The notes beneath the pieces were generated by a model, which was not told where the DNA came from, did no database searches, and saw only the letters and a list, made by a program, of their open reading frames with translations. Made by a program: the position numbers and the translations under genes. Below, in pieces: positions 62,570 to 64,000 of a DNA stretch of 64,000 nucleotides; positions within the stretch are counted from its first letter, which is position 1, and each line of letters begins with the position of its first letter. The DNA lies in NCBI GenBank assembly GCA_052426225.1, contig JBNJNM010000007.1, positions 682,001-746,000 of the forward strand, in the 5' to 3' direction. This DNA comes from Zancudomyces culisetae HAW-14-8. Lineage: Eukaryota; Fungi; Kickxellomycota.

Positions 62570-64000
62570 ATGGAGAAAGGGGAAAAAAGGGCCAGGCACG
62601 TCAATGTAGAGTAAGTAATTGTAATAATAAAGTAAAAAAAACAATTACATTTGGAGGGCTAGAGGCCAAACTGATAAAAATCAACTTACAACATAGGGTG
62701 TTTGGGAAGATTGTATGCAACAAATGTGGCGAAAGCTATGGATATGGTAGGGCTAGAAGTTATAAACTTATAAACTAAGAGAAATAGCATGGTTTAGCTA
62801 AACTTTGGCCATCTAACCAAATAGAGAGATCAGGAATGAAATTGGAACAGCTGCATGGCGATTGTTACTATAATTTTACGTGTGCTAAATGTAATAACGG
62901 GGAGGACAAGTATGAGAGAACGCAGATTAGTTGGTAAGTCTACATGAATGGAGAATGGGTGTGAATAAGGGGGTGATGGGTTAGTATTCTGCATTCTTCA
63001 AGTGTGCAAATTTAAGCGATCAGAAGAGTTAAAATATATTAATAACGATGATAGGGTGCAGGCAGTGCATTTAATTATGTACCACTTGAAAATGGAAGAG
63101 CCAGAAAAGAAGTATTTCAAGTGGAAAGAAAACATATGTGCGAAATTTGACAAGTACTGGGATTATTTGATGCCAGAGAAGATCAGAACGCCAACGTGGC
63201 ACAATACGGTAGCTGGATGTATTTCTACGCACAATGCGCTTTTCAAGTCGGGATTTGAGGAGACTCAGCAAAATGGATACTGGGCATTGGCGCATTTGGA
63301 AAAGCCATGCCGCGATGGATTTAGCAGTTCGACTCGACTTAAAGAAACAAACAAAGAGTTGAAAACAGGAATAAAATCGGAAGGAAAAGGAGGGGTGAAT
63401 GGTTCTGGAACGGGAGCAAATAGAAAGAAAAAAAAGAAGAGACCAAACACAGAAGGTGAGAAGGGTGGCGAGGAGGTCACATCGGGAAAAGTAAAAATAT
63501 ATTACGAAAGCGAAGGAAGCAGTATTGACGAGGATATCATTTTATCAGATGGCGAAGGCTGGTCTAGTGATAAAAGTGTGGAGGAGTATAACCACAGTAA
63601 ACAATTATTTATTCAGACATACACATACAAGAAGAGCGGAATAACTCAAAAATTAAGGTAAATTGATAAAAAATAGCATTTTCTTTATTTAAAAAAAGAG
63701 GGTTTAAGATAAATGAAGTCAAAAGCAATGTATGTGAAATACTACAATAGGAACGACTACAACTTACTAATTTAAAAAAGAAAATTTATCAGAATATAAA
63801 ATACAATACTACAACAAATTAAAGATACAATACAAGCGACAAGAACGAGAACAGAAACAAATATTGAAAATATGAACAAAGAAACAAGAGAAACACGTAT
63901 CGCAAAACTGCGAGAAAGATTTGAAAAAACTAAAGAGAAAAGAAAAGCAAGAAAAAACACGCTGAAAGAAAGAACAAAAGACGATGCACAGCAAAACACA
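62570..64000 (+). CDS. KAT14/CSRP2BP (ATAC2)-like protein, N-terminal Zn/winged-helix region; multi-exon, probably runs off the window
   Basis: Spliced: MEKGEKRARHVNVE|VFGKIVCNKCG...LHGDCYYNFTCAKC...YERTQISW|VQAVHLIMYHL...YFKWKENIC...TWHNTVAGCIS...FKSG...GYWAL. Exon structure after 63658 is unresolved. Confidence 0.75.

Overview
Eukaryotic, intron-containing, AT-rich fungal DNA. Gene content, short GT-AG introns and composition suggest an early-diverging fungus, possibly Harpellales (Zoopagomycota); this is an inference only. The window has two parts. (1) About 0.7-30.1 kb is a damaged domain around a gene-free island at ~10.3-28.5 kb. The island holds a ~121-bp satellite with a 361-bp higher-order unit, a 2.8-kb tract with no G on the + strand, an ultra-AT-rich core, a ~22-bp TGTATACA array, two opposed 42-bp arrays, two Tc1/mariner elements, and a chromodomain Ty3/gypsy element abutting an older relative. 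It is a candidate centromere/pericentromere. Every host gene I could recognise in this domain (SRA1-like, cystinosin, MMS19, Nup42/AMO1-like) carries a stop, frameshift or eroded 5' end, and one further ORF is riddled with stops. Several TE lesions are CpA->TpA, i.e. RIP-like. (2) About 30.1-64 kb is an apparently intact gene-dense arm: AA11 LPMO, ISA2, PRP18, TRR1, a membrane protein, a small secreted Cys-rich protein, DBP7, aspartyl aminopeptidase, tropomyosin, CYRI/FAM49, an FPK1/KIN82-type kinase, an orphan, and a KAT14/CSRP2BP (ATAC2)-like gene at the right edge. Main caveat: some lesions could be consensus errors in a poorly polished repeat-rich region.
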